A stretch of 55,120 nucleotides of DNA from a virus (lineage: Duplodnaviria > Caudoviricetes), in the IMG/VR virus record IMGVR_UViG_3300037560_000072, positions 1 through 55,120 of that record; one strand, given 5' to 3'. The position numbers and the translations under genes are program-made. Under the pieces are notes generated by a model that saw nothing but the letters and a program-made list of their open reading frames with translations, did not search any database and had not been told where the DNA came from. Positions 9,389 through 18,172 of this stretch are shown piece after piece (the first letter of the stretch is position 1; the number at the start of each line of letters is the position of its first letter).

Positions 9389-9947
9389 GGAGAAGGTCTA
9401 CTTTACAGTGCGGTTTACAGAAAAGCATGGACTTACCGTACCGGAGTTCCTGGAGGCTCACCCTAACTTCCTGCCCCAAACTGTATATCCCTGCTTCACC
9501 CAGTTGTGCAAGGCAAAAAAGATTCTGGATAGCCGGGAGCGTCGTAAATCAAAAAACAACCGACGTTCTATCGTCTGGATTGACGCCAAGTATGGAGGTA
9601 CCATCCCGGTATGGGGTAGTGGGCAGCCCAGCTACAGCTACAAGAACCGAGCGAAGATTATCATGGACTTACTAGCTATTTTCGGGCCTCTTAGTGTGGC
9701 TGAAATGATGCAGTGTTCAGACAGTCTGAAGCCCATGAGCACCTCCTCTCTAGTGTCTCGATTAGTACTACAGCAATGGCTTCGTAAGACCAATAAGACC
9801 AGACAGAACCAGATCAATCAGACGTGCTGCTTGTATGACCTAACACCTAGAGGTAGACAAGTGAGAGAGGGGGCTCCCAGCCTCTTCAAGAAGACCTATG
9901 ATGCAGCCCCAATCAAGCGTACTGATACGGAGAAGACTCGTGGCTAG
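9378..9947 (+). CDS. Tandem winged-helix DNA-binding protein (putative regulator)
   Basis: Two wHTH-like repeats; the second ends in YDLTPRG (MarR-like wing). Confidence 0.55.
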   Translation: MTTKEKVYFTVRFTEKHGLTVPEFLEAHPNFLPQTVYPCFTQLCKAKKILDSRERRKSKNNRRSIVWIDAKYGGTIPVWGSGQPSYSYKNRAKIIMDLLAIFGPLSVAEMMQCSDSLKPMSTSSLVSRLVLQQWLRKTNKTRQNQINQTCCLYDLTPRGRQVREGAPSLFKKTYDAAPIKRTDTEKTRG

Positions 9948-12900
9948 AAATCGAACCTGGAGCTGCTTGGTAAGGCCTGACGCCCCACCTGTTGAGGGTC
10001 CACTGAGTCAAACGGACCAGTCCGATAGCTCTGCCGAGCAGATGATTGGGGTCCGGGTCCAACAGAACGGGATCGTTCTCGTACAGACTTTGGTTCTCCG
10101 AGAAGTGCTGGATCAATTCCTAGCAGAGATGGCCCAGAGGCTCCCAGAGTCGCTGCAATTAGCTGTACATATTGATCTCGTGCCGGTCCAGGCGGCAGGG
10201 TCCGGACCAATTGTTCCAGCCTAGACACGCGGCGGCGGACTTGCATTGCCTCAACGTCTTGTTCAGAAACCGGGAGAGGGAAGCCAAACTGTATTTGGAA
10301 TCTCTCAGCGATGGAGTTGGCCGCCGAGGCATCGTTCTGGAGGCGTGAGTCCAACCAGTCCTTTCGTATCTCCCTAATCTGGTCACGTCCTTTGACCAGC
10401 GTGGACATCAGCTCCTCCTCAGCCAGCTTGTCCCCAGACCGGATGCCCATGCCCATCTTCACCAGCTCCCACCGGCTAAAGTACCCCTTCAAAGTACCCT
10501 GTCGAGTGTACACCGGTATCCGGCCATCTGGTGCGGGGTTGTTGTAGTCAGCGTAGGACCTGCCGAGGACCTTGGAGGCTCGGACTCCAATGTCACCGCC
10601 CAGTGACGGTGGAAGCAGCCCAGCAGCCCGGAGCATTCCGGTACCACCAGGGATCAGCAGGGGGGTAGCCCTCATCAGGGATGAGAAGTCCCCAGTGGTA
10701 GCACTCTGGGCTATCGCTCCCATGATGCCTATGGCTGGTGGAACAATTGGGAACCCACCGAACGGTCCCTCTGTCCGGGACTGGAACGTTGGTACCGCAC
10801 CGCCCACCAGAGCGTCAGAGGCATCTACCCCAAGGTATCGTCCCAGCTCCAGGGCCATGATGGACCCAGCAATCATGCGAGCGAAGGTGCCTGGGTTCTT
10901 ACCCATCACGTTCATCTTCTTGCCGGTCAGTGGATCAATGTCATTTACGCCCAGGTTGAAGGCTGTATGGGTAGCAAACTCCAGGAACCTAAGTGGGAAC
11001 TGAGCAAGCTGACGGACCAACGCATTGCGTCCCAGTAGAAAGTAGGGGGTATTCTGTGGACCAGTCAAGAACTGGGTCTCCTCGACTACCCTCGCAGCGA
11101 ACTTATGAGCCATCTCTGCTGGCATCTTGGCTCGCCTAGCATGGATCAGTGCTGCCTCCCATGTGACCAGGCGGTTGGTTGTCTCTGTAGCAGTGAACAG
11201 TGACATCATAGACGCACTGATCTTCTTCTGCAAGTTCATCACCTTGCTGGGTGCCAACGACTGAACACTAACCACGTTCCGGAGAGTACTCTCCAATGCC
11301 TCATCGGTAAGGGGAGCTGATGCTATGCCAGACTTACCAAATGCCGGGTAGGCAAACCGTATGGCATCGTCGTGGCCCATCTTCTTAGGCCCAAAACGAG
11401 CCGCGAAGTACTTGTGGGACTTCCTCATAGCCTCATTAAGACCCTTGGCCGTAGTCACAGGACCGAGAGTGGGAGCGGTAGTGAGAACCATCTGTAGCAT
11501 ATTCTTTAGGGCAGATGCTGGGTTCAAACCAAGAGTGGAAAGGTAGAAGTAACCTGCCGCCTTCTGACTCACGTTCACATAGGAATATGCACTACGAGAA
11601 TTTTCCAGGTGGGTATGGATGATCTTTGACATAGACTCACCAAGTACACGACGAACCTTGGGAGTCTGAGTCCAAGCAGAGAGCTGCATCATATTCTGTT
11701 CCCAGGCTTGTGCCTTGAGAGCATTCTTGAAAGTACCGCGTCCCAGAGCCAGTGGGATGTAAGTATTCTCCAACATCTCCGCACGCATCTTTGCATAGGG
11801 GGCACCCATACGTCCTCCCTTGCCAAGCTCTTTGAGGTCACGGAGATGGTCCATTATCTTCACACCACCACCCTTGATGGTCCACCCATAAGTACTGCCC
11901 ATAGTCTGTGCGTAGTTGTTCATGGTGGTCATTAGCTTCATGGTGTACTGCTTGGGAGTGGCCTCCGACAGTATAGAACTAAAGGCTTGGCCCTCCTGCT
12001 TACTCATAACCGCCGGGTATTTCTCCTTAATCTGGTCAAAGGTCGCCCTCTCTAGCTTATGGAGTACCGGCTGGGTAAGTACACCCTCCGCTCTGGCCAC
12101 TGCAAGTACCTTGAACTTCGATGCTTCCTTCAACTTATTCAAGGCTGCCCTATCAACTAGCCCATGCTGAGCCATTATATCTAGTTCGGGTAGGCTAGGC
12201 ATCATAGCATTGTGACGACGGTAACTCTCTGGACCTAGCCACCGCTCTGCCTTCCTTCCTGCCTGCCGAGCGAAAGCCTTTCCGCTAGATGAATCAGTCA
12301 TGGCCTTCATCATAGCCTGGAAATCTTCCTCACTCCGTATGAGTCTATGTGGATAGTAGTGTTCTATCTTACGTGGATCAGTAAGATACTCAGCCCAGGT
12401 TTCGGTTATCTCATCAAGCTGACCAGACTTACGAAGCCTAGCCATGGTAGCCATGATCGCCTTGCGGTTCTCCTGACTGCCAAAGGACTCACCGTACATG
12501 TCATCGAGCACGCCACGCATACCCTGTGCAAACTGACGTAACTGTGGTGTCATCTGGGCTTCGAGGTTGGGCATAAGAGTACCAACACTCGGCAACTCTA
12601 CACGAGAGGCCCCCTTACCCAGTGTAATAACTCCATCCTTTCCCTCCCATCCACGAAGAGGCCGGTGTAGTCCGTCCAACCAGGACGACACCATAAGCTG
12701 CTCTTTCTGTGAGGGAAGAGTACCAGTGCCCGCCCTATATTGCCTAAGCAAGGTGGACATGCGACCATTGTACTTGGTACGGAAGTTGGTAACGTCGTGT
12801 ATAATCTTACCATAGTCCTCAAACACACCTGTTCCCCTGTACAGGGCTGGCATTGAAGAGAGCCTACCCATAATAGGAAACCGCTTGAGCATGGACTTTA

Positions 12901-13180
12901 CGGCATTCTCCACCTTGAACATGTTCTTGGCATTAGCGACTGGAAACTTGTAGCTTAGAGCCAGTGTGATAATGAGGGCAGGATTAGTAACCAACCGAAA
13001 GATGTGAGACCACGGACCCTGATCCAGTCCATACTCTTTAAGAAAGGCATCCCTCTGCTTGATAGACAGAGTTTGTGGGGTGAACATTGCCTGGAATGCA
13101 CCAGGCAAATCACCTACTAGTGTATTCTGTAGGGCCTGACCCGGACGTTCAAGAGCCCCTATTTGTAGAGGTACAGGCAT
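9944..13180 (-). CDS. Large internal virion / DNA-ejection protein (1078 aa)
   Basis: Size, helical composition and terminal position in the podovirus-like structural operon. Confidence 0.55.
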   Translation of the reverse strand: MPVPLQIGALERPGQALQNTLVGDLPGAFQAMFTPQTLSIKQRDAFLKEYGLDQGPWSHIFRLVTNPALIITLALSYKFPVANAKNMFKVENAVKSMLKRFPIMGRLSSMPALYRGTGVFEDYGKIIHDVTNFRTKYNGRMSTLLRQYRAGTGTLPSQKEQLMVSSWLDGLHRPLRGWEGKDGVITLGKGASRVELPSVGTLMPNLEAQMTPQLRQFAQGMRGVLDDMYGESFGSQENRKAIMATMARLRKSGQLDEITETWAEYLTDPRKIEHYYPHRLIRSEEDFQAMMKAMTDSSSGKAFARQAGRKAERWLGPESYRRHNAMMPSLPELDIMAQHGLVDRAALNKLKEASKFKVLAVARAEGVLTQPVLHKLERATFDQIKEKYPAVMSKQEGQAFSSILSEATPKQYTMKLMTTMNNYAQTMGSTYGWTIKGGGVKIMDHLRDLKELGKGGRMGAPYAKMRAEMLENTYIPLALGRGTFKNALKAQAWEQNMMQLSAWTQTPKVRRVLGESMSKIIHTHLENSRSAYSYVNVSQKAAGYFYLSTLGLNPASALKNMLQMVLTTAPTLGPVTTAKGLNEAMRKSHKYFAARFGPKKMGHDDAIRFAYPAFGKSGIASAPLTDEALESTLRNVVSVQSLAPSKVMNLQKKISASMMSLFTATETTNRLVTWEAALIHARRAKMPAEMAHKFAARVVEETQFLTGPQNTPYFLLGRNALVRQLAQFPLRFLEFATHTAFNLGVNDIDPLTGKKMNVMGKNPGTFARMIAGSIMALELGRYLGVDASDALVGGAVPTFQSRTEGPFGGFPIVPPAIGIMGAIAQSATTGDFSSLMRATPLLIPGGTGMLRAAGLLPPSLGGDIGVRASKVLGRSYADYNNPAPDGRIPVYTRQGTLKGYFSRWELVKMGMGIRSGDKLAEEELMSTLVKGRDQIREIRKDWLDSRLQNDASAANSIAERFQIQFGFPLPVSEQDVEAMQVRRRVSRLEQLVRTLPPGPARDQYVQLIAATLGASGPSLLGIDPALLGEPKSVRERSRSVGPGPQSSARQSYRTGPFDSVDPQQVGRQALPSSSRFDF

Positions 13181-13189
13181 GACTCCTCC

Positions 13190-14395
13190 TTACATGCCAC
13201 GCATTTCGCCAAGCAACCGGTCCAACATTCCATTCATTTCATCTGGAGAGGGACCTTGCTGGCCCATATCAACACCAAACCCAGCCTCACTACCAGTAAG
13301 AACCTTGGTCTGTGAACCACCTAATGCCTGTATGATCTGTTGCATAAGCTGTGGGTCTTGACCTAACGTAGCCCGCCTTGCTTGCAGGTCAGAACGCTTA
13401 TCAAGAATATCATACATGAGTTCCTGGGATACTGAGGCAGTTCCACCACGTCGGCTAGCTTCCAATGCAGCCCGTGCCCTCTTAGATTTGCCAACTAGAG
13501 AGTCATACGCTTCGTGAGCTAAGAGTGGTACAGTTAACAGAGTACCCACCCCACCCAATCCACGAGCCAGCTTGGCACCACGCCCCAGACCCTTGGCCCC
13601 AGCCTTAGTTAGCTGACCAAGAGTACCCTCTTCAGCAGCAGTCAAATCCTTTGGAGTAAGAGCCTCACCAACTCCCTTAGCAGCAGCCTTACCCTTACCG
13701 AACACCCCCTTGGCCTCACCCACACTCTCAGATAGTTTAGTCTTGGCCATACCTTCCAGCTCATCTATCTGAGCCCGAACGCCCGCCGCCAAATTCTGTG
13801 TAGGACCGGTTCCAAGAAACTTCTTACCGGTCAGTTTGGGATCGCCCTTGGTCGCCCACCGCAAGAGCCTCCTAGCAGACGACTCCTTAGTAGCTATATC
13901 ATAGACTCGGGCAACACTTGTAGGTCCAGCCTTGAACACACGCTCTGGCCCCATACGTTTCAGGGCGTCTAGAGTATTAGCAGGTATGCCAGCCTCCGAC
14001 GCTGCCCGCATGGTGATACCAAACAACTTCTTGAGTTCAGCAGGAGTAGCTCCATTAGGGCTAATCTGCCTCAGCATCTTAAGTGTATTGGTAAATGCTA
14101 CCTGTTTCCTTGAACCCCCTGCCGCCTTCATTATAGTCTTTGGAATTCGGTTGGATGACATGGTAAGAACACGCTCACCCATCTCCCCTTCCAGCATTCT
14201 CAAGAGGGACTTGGAGGCATTACCATGACGCATCAGGACTCGGAGTGTATCAGCCTTCTCGGCGGTCGTAGCACCACGCAACCACTGCTCTGACATCCGG
14301 TGCATAATCTCTATAGGAGATAGAGTAGCACCCGCACCAGCCTCGGCAGCACCCAGACCAGCTACAGCTCCAGCTATCTTTAACTCAGGGGGCAT
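13190..14395 (-). CDS. Putative internal virion protein (Ala/Gly/Lys-rich)
   Basis: 401-aa ORF in the ejection-protein cluster. Confidence 0.5.
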   Translation of the reverse strand: MPPELKIAGAVAGLGAAEAGAGATLSPIEIMHRMSEQWLRGATTAEKADTLRVLMRHGNASKSLLRMLEGEMGERVLTMSSNRIPKTIMKAAGGSRKQVAFTNTLKMLRQISPNGATPAELKKLFGITMRAASEAGIPANTLDALKRMGPERVFKAGPTSVARVYDIATKESSARRLLRWATKGDPKLTGKKFLGTGPTQNLAAGVRAQIDELEGMAKTKLSESVGEAKGVFGKGKAAAKGVGEALTPKDLTAAEEGTLGQLTKAGAKGLGRGAKLARGLGGVGTLLTVPLLAHEAYDSLVGKSKRARAALEASRRGGTASVSQELMYDILDKRSDLQARRATLGQDPQLMQQIIQALGGSQTKVLTGSEAGFGVDMGQQGPSPDEMNGMLDRLLGEMRGM

Positions 14396-14396
14396 G

Positions 14397-14807
14397 TTAT
14401 TTCATCCTCTTTGCTGACCTACCAAAGGCTGCCCTACTAACAGACGAGTAATCACCCACGTTGGTTGGACTCAGCCTTCTACCCAGATCCTCTGAAGTAG
14501 TACCCAACCTCTGAGACACAGCATCCAACAGATCGCGTGCTCCAGTAACCCTTCTTCCCAATCCAACTTCTCGCATACCAGAACCTATACTTCCCAGCTC
14601 GCTTTCCAATGCACCCTGTGACTCCTCCTGTGTAGACAACCTCTGCCTCATTCTATTCAGGGGCATCTGCTGTTGAAGTGCAGTAAGTGCTTGATACTTG
14701 GCAGCCTCACCAGCCACCTCACCCTCAGGATCACCACCCATCTGGTCGATGATCTTAGACGCCGCCATGAATCCAGCAACGGCAAAGATTAGTCCTGCTA
14801 CTGCCAT
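14397..14807 (-). CDS. Putative virion protein with hydrophobic N-terminus
   Basis: Tightly packed 136-aa ORF. Confidence 0.5.
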   Translation of the reverse strand: MAVAGLIFAVAGFMAASKIIDQMGGDPEGEVAGEAAKYQALTALQQQMPLNRMRQRLSTQEESQGALESELGSIGSGMREVGLGRRVTGARDLLDAVSQRLGTTSEDLGRRLSPTNVGDYSSVSRAAFGRSAKRMK

Positions 14808-14810
14808 AGT

Positions 14811-16943
14811 TTATCTCCCTGGACCTTGGATGTCAGGCTGATCTTGCACTTGTCCGCCCTCTTCAGGTTGTTCAGTCTTCTTAGACCGTGCCTCTCTACG
14901 CCGCCTCATTTCGGCTTCCACCTTACCACGACGACGCTTGGAAACTCCCATATAGTTTTCCAGAGCTGCTTGTGATTCCCCCAGATTAGACACAGTAACT
15001 GGAGGCATCGTTACAGGTGCCAAGTCATAATCTCCCGAGTAGAGAGCCGCCAGGAACTCAGGATGAGAAGCAACCCCAGCCATCAATTCACCAGCAGCCT
15101 GAAATGGAGATAGCTTGATCGCTTCCTTCAGAGTTTCTACCTCAAGATCAAATTCCTCTTCTGGTGCTCTATCTTCTTGACCCAAGAATTCTCCATATGC
15201 CCCTTGGGTACTGGCCGAGATAGCTCTGGACCTTGCATCGAACGGCAGCTCCCCCTCTCCCGGTTTGTCAGACATGTAGGAAGCAACTGCACCGTCTATG
15301 TACCTACTAGCAAACCCACCCTTCATTTGGTACGTCTTCATAGTGGGCTGGTCCTCAATTAAGTCACGAAGATCCATAGCCTTCTGCTTGGTCAGCCGGA
15401 ACATTCTATTTATACCGTCGTGCATTTGAGCCTGTGACTTGGGAGTAATAGAACCAAACTTTGTTACAACTGGTTGTAGCAGCTTACCCCTTTGAACATC
15501 ACCCGGTACCTGTGCTAGTGCTCTAAGAAGTTCTGTCTTACCGGGAGAGTTGGGCATTTCAAAGATGGTCTTGGCCAGTTTCATCGACAGAGGTGTACCA
15601 CCTTCTGGGGCTACCGTCATAGCCATAAGCTGATCGTCAATATGTCGTAGCACATTCCTCATATTGAACCCCTTATAGAGTTCAACATCAGTATCTAGCA
15701 CCCCCTTATCACCCTCCCCATTCAGTAAGGCATCTATGTCCTTCAATGAGGCTTCACTACCAGGACCCGCAATGGAAACATAGACAGACTCAAGTAGCTT
15801 GGTAGCCATGTTGTGCATCACGTCCTGAGAACCAAATTCCCCAGATTTCAGGACTAGAGAACTGGTTAAAGAACCGGGAGAGATCCGTCCGGTAGAAATC
15901 TCATCAATGAATCCAGCCGCACCATAGTAGGCACCTTCAACAGCGGTGGGAGCCAGACGATCATAGTCCTTGGTAGAGAACTCAGTTATCTTGTCGTGCT
16001 CTTCCTTTAGGTCCTTGAAACTCTCCAGCCTCATAGCCAAGTAGTCGTCTCGGAACTTCTTATGCTTCACCAAGGCGAAGAACTGTTCGTCCTCCATAAA
16101 TGCCATGTTGCTCATGTACTCAACTGGATTGAAGCCACGGTACTTTTGCAGAGCTGGATCGTCTGGGTCTCTACCATATAGTCCTCCCGGTGGATACCCA
16201 CCAGTATGGTATAGCTCCTCTACCTCCTCGTCTGACCAATCCTTACCCGACATTACATCTCTTGGACTTTCCCCCAGTAGCTTAGTAAGGTCAGCATGGG
16301 GATCACCAGCAAGAACCTGCTCCTGTACCTTGGCCATATCCTGTGCTACCTGACCAGTAATATCAGACTGATGATCCTGTTCGTGGAACATCTCCGCTAA
16401 GCGTAACTGCCGATTCATCTCCCGGAGTCGGTCCATCCCACCCGGCACGTTGGTCCACTGCTCAATCATGGATGGGTCATGTAGCATCTGTCTCATACCA
16501 CGAATGCGGTCACCAAACTCTACCCGATTTGTATTCATCCTCTGAATGAAGTCTCTTCCAGCATTCATCTGAGATGCTACACGGGCCTGGGTGACGGCAA
16601 AGTCTTTGGCCATATCTTTCTGGAGGTTAGCAGTCCACTCATGGTACCGTTCCTGGTACTCCCGGTCCTTCATCTTCTCCTGCATAGACTCTTCACGAGC
16701 CAGCTTCTCATCCTCTCGTGCCACAACCTGATTCATAGATTGAGTCATCTGGGCAGCATTCATGGATGACTCTTGTGCTTGAGCCTCAGACAGCTTCGTA
16801 AAGTTGTCCATCATTTTCTTCTGGGCTGTGTTCTGATCGTTGATGAAGTTACCAATAGCTACATTGGCCAAGGATGAAGCACCACCACCGCCACCCCGCC
16901 CAGATGACTGCATGATAGGAATTGGTTGCGTTGGTTTCGGCAT
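14811..16943 (-). CDS. Putative internal virion protein (710 aa, coiled-coil N-terminus)
   Basis: Long ORF; gene context. Confidence 0.5.
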   Translation of the reverse strand: MPKPTQPIPIMQSSGRGGGGGASSLANVAIGNFINDQNTAQKKMMDNFTKLSEAQAQESSMNAAQMTQSMNQVVAREDEKLAREESMQEKMKDREYQERYHEWTANLQKDMAKDFAVTQARVASQMNAGRDFIQRMNTNRVEFGDRIRGMRQMLHDPSMIEQWTNVPGGMDRLREMNRQLRLAEMFHEQDHQSDITGQVAQDMAKVQEQVLAGDPHADLTKLLGESPRDVMSGKDWSDEEVEELYHTGGYPPGGLYGRDPDDPALQKYRGFNPVEYMSNMAFMEDEQFFALVKHKKFRDDYLAMRLESFKDLKEEHDKITEFSTKDYDRLAPTAVEGAYYGAAGFIDEISTGRISPGSLTSSLVLKSGEFGSQDVMHNMATKLLESVYVSIAGPGSEASLKDIDALLNGEGDKGVLDTDVELYKGFNMRNVLRHIDDQLMAMTVAPEGGTPLSMKLAKTIFEMPNSPGKTELLRALAQVPGDVQRGKLLQPVVTKFGSITPKSQAQMHDGINRMFRLTKQKAMDLRDLIEDQPTMKTYQMKGGFASRYIDGAVASYMSDKPGEGELPFDARSRAISASTQGAYGEFLGQEDRAPEEEFDLEVETLKEAIKLSPFQAAGELMAGVASHPEFLAALYSGDYDLAPVTMPPVTVSNLGESQAALENYMGVSKRRRGKVEAEMRRRREARSKKTEQPEEGGQVQDQPDIQGPGR

Positions 16944-16955
16944 AGTACAATACCC

Positions 16956-18113
16956 CTACAAAAATTGCTTAATAACTTCAATTCCTATATTCCATAGATT
17001 GTTCTTCTCAGTCTCGTCCAGATTCTGCATCATAACAGCTAGTGATTTCCCAAACTCATCACTGCGGATGTAATCACCGGCCAAGTCTCTCGTAGCCGTG
17101 AGATTATTGATAGCCACAGGATAAGCCGACACATAGGTATCCTGAGTGTAGTCCATCATGGCAATGTTGTTCTGGTCACCAGCGTTTATGAATGCCCCAC
17201 GAGCAGCAGCATTTTGGGAAAGAGTAGCATCCCGACTAGCTACGGCTTGAGCACCCAACTTGGTCAACTCTGTATTGAATTGTGCCTTAGCCGCGTTAGC
17301 TTGCCCAAATGCCCCGGCTGCCTGTGCCCCAAACTGTCCCTGAACCTGAGCAGCAGTGCCCTCAAACTGGGTAAACATACTACCAAATGATGTAGCAACC
17401 TGGGCCTGTGTCTGAGTAAACATGTGTGCAGTCTGTCCCACGGCGGCACTAAGCTGCATGGCACCACCCATTTTGACCTTGTGCTTCATCATCTGGGCCT
17501 GGGACGGACTCAAAGTTCCTTGTTGTACTTGAGCATCTATCTGTGAAATCTGTTGGTTAATGGCTCCGTGAATACTATCTGTTGCAGCATCCATTGCAGA
17601 AGCCCGTCCCTGCATGACACCAGACAACGCCTCAGTACGCTGCTCACCAAGACCAGTACGAGCTGCATCCAAACCAGCATCTAGTTTCTTTTGCCCCTCG
17701 TCAAATTCTGCCTTAACGTCTTCTGGAAGAGTATCAATACCCTTTCTGGTATCATCAATCGTTCTCTGCACATCTTTAAGTCCAACCTCAGCGGCCAAGT
17801 CGGCCTCGTTGAACTTGTCCATGCCAACAGCCTGCCCACGTTCCTGGTCCCTTTCCTGAGTCCTTGCACGCTCTAGATTTTCTGCTGTTACATCCCGCTC
17901 ACCGGCTACGTGCTCCTCGCCAGCAGTGGCCAAATCCTCTGTAGCCTGGGCCACAGGCTCAAGACGCTCCTCTGCCGTAGGAGTACTAGCTTCTATCTCA
18001 GCAGCTTTCTTCTGACCCCCGGCAAAGATATTGGACAGGAAGGCCTTGGTCTCCTTACCATGGGTCACACCACGCTGCCGGTATTGCTCTATCTGTTCTG
18101 GGGTTAGGGCCAT
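16956..18113 (-). CDS. Putative ejection / pilot-like protein (Ala/Gln-rich coiled coil)
   Basis: 385 aa, helical; first gene after the promoter at 18131-18159. Confidence 0.5.
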   Translation of the reverse strand: MALTPEQIEQYRQRGVTHGKETKAFLSNIFAGGQKKAAEIEASTPTAEERLEPVAQATEDLATAGEEHVAGERDVTAENLERARTQERDQERGQAVGMDKFNEADLAAEVGLKDVQRTIDDTRKGIDTLPEDVKAEFDEGQKKLDAGLDAARTGLGEQRTEALSGVMQGRASAMDAATDSIHGAINQQISQIDAQVQQGTLSPSQAQMMKHKVKMGGAMQLSAAVGQTAHMFTQTQAQVATSFGSMFTQFEGTAAQVQGQFGAQAAGAFGQANAAKAQFNTELTKLGAQAVASRDATLSQNAAARGAFINAGDQNNIAMMDYTQDTYVSAYPVAINNLTATRDLAGDYIRSDEFGKSLAVMMQNLDETEKNNLWNIGIEVIKQFL

Positions 18114-18130
18114 AAGTAGTCTCTCGGTCT

Positions 18131-18159
18131 ATTATAGGCCTTCAGGAGGCCCAAGTCAA
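18131..18159 (-). promoter_or_regulatory. sigma70-type promoter
   Basis: TTGACT-N17-TATAAT on the - strand; a CCGGGAGAG copy lies just upstream of the -35. Confidence 0.8.
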
Positions 18160-18172
18160 GTTCTCTCCCGGT

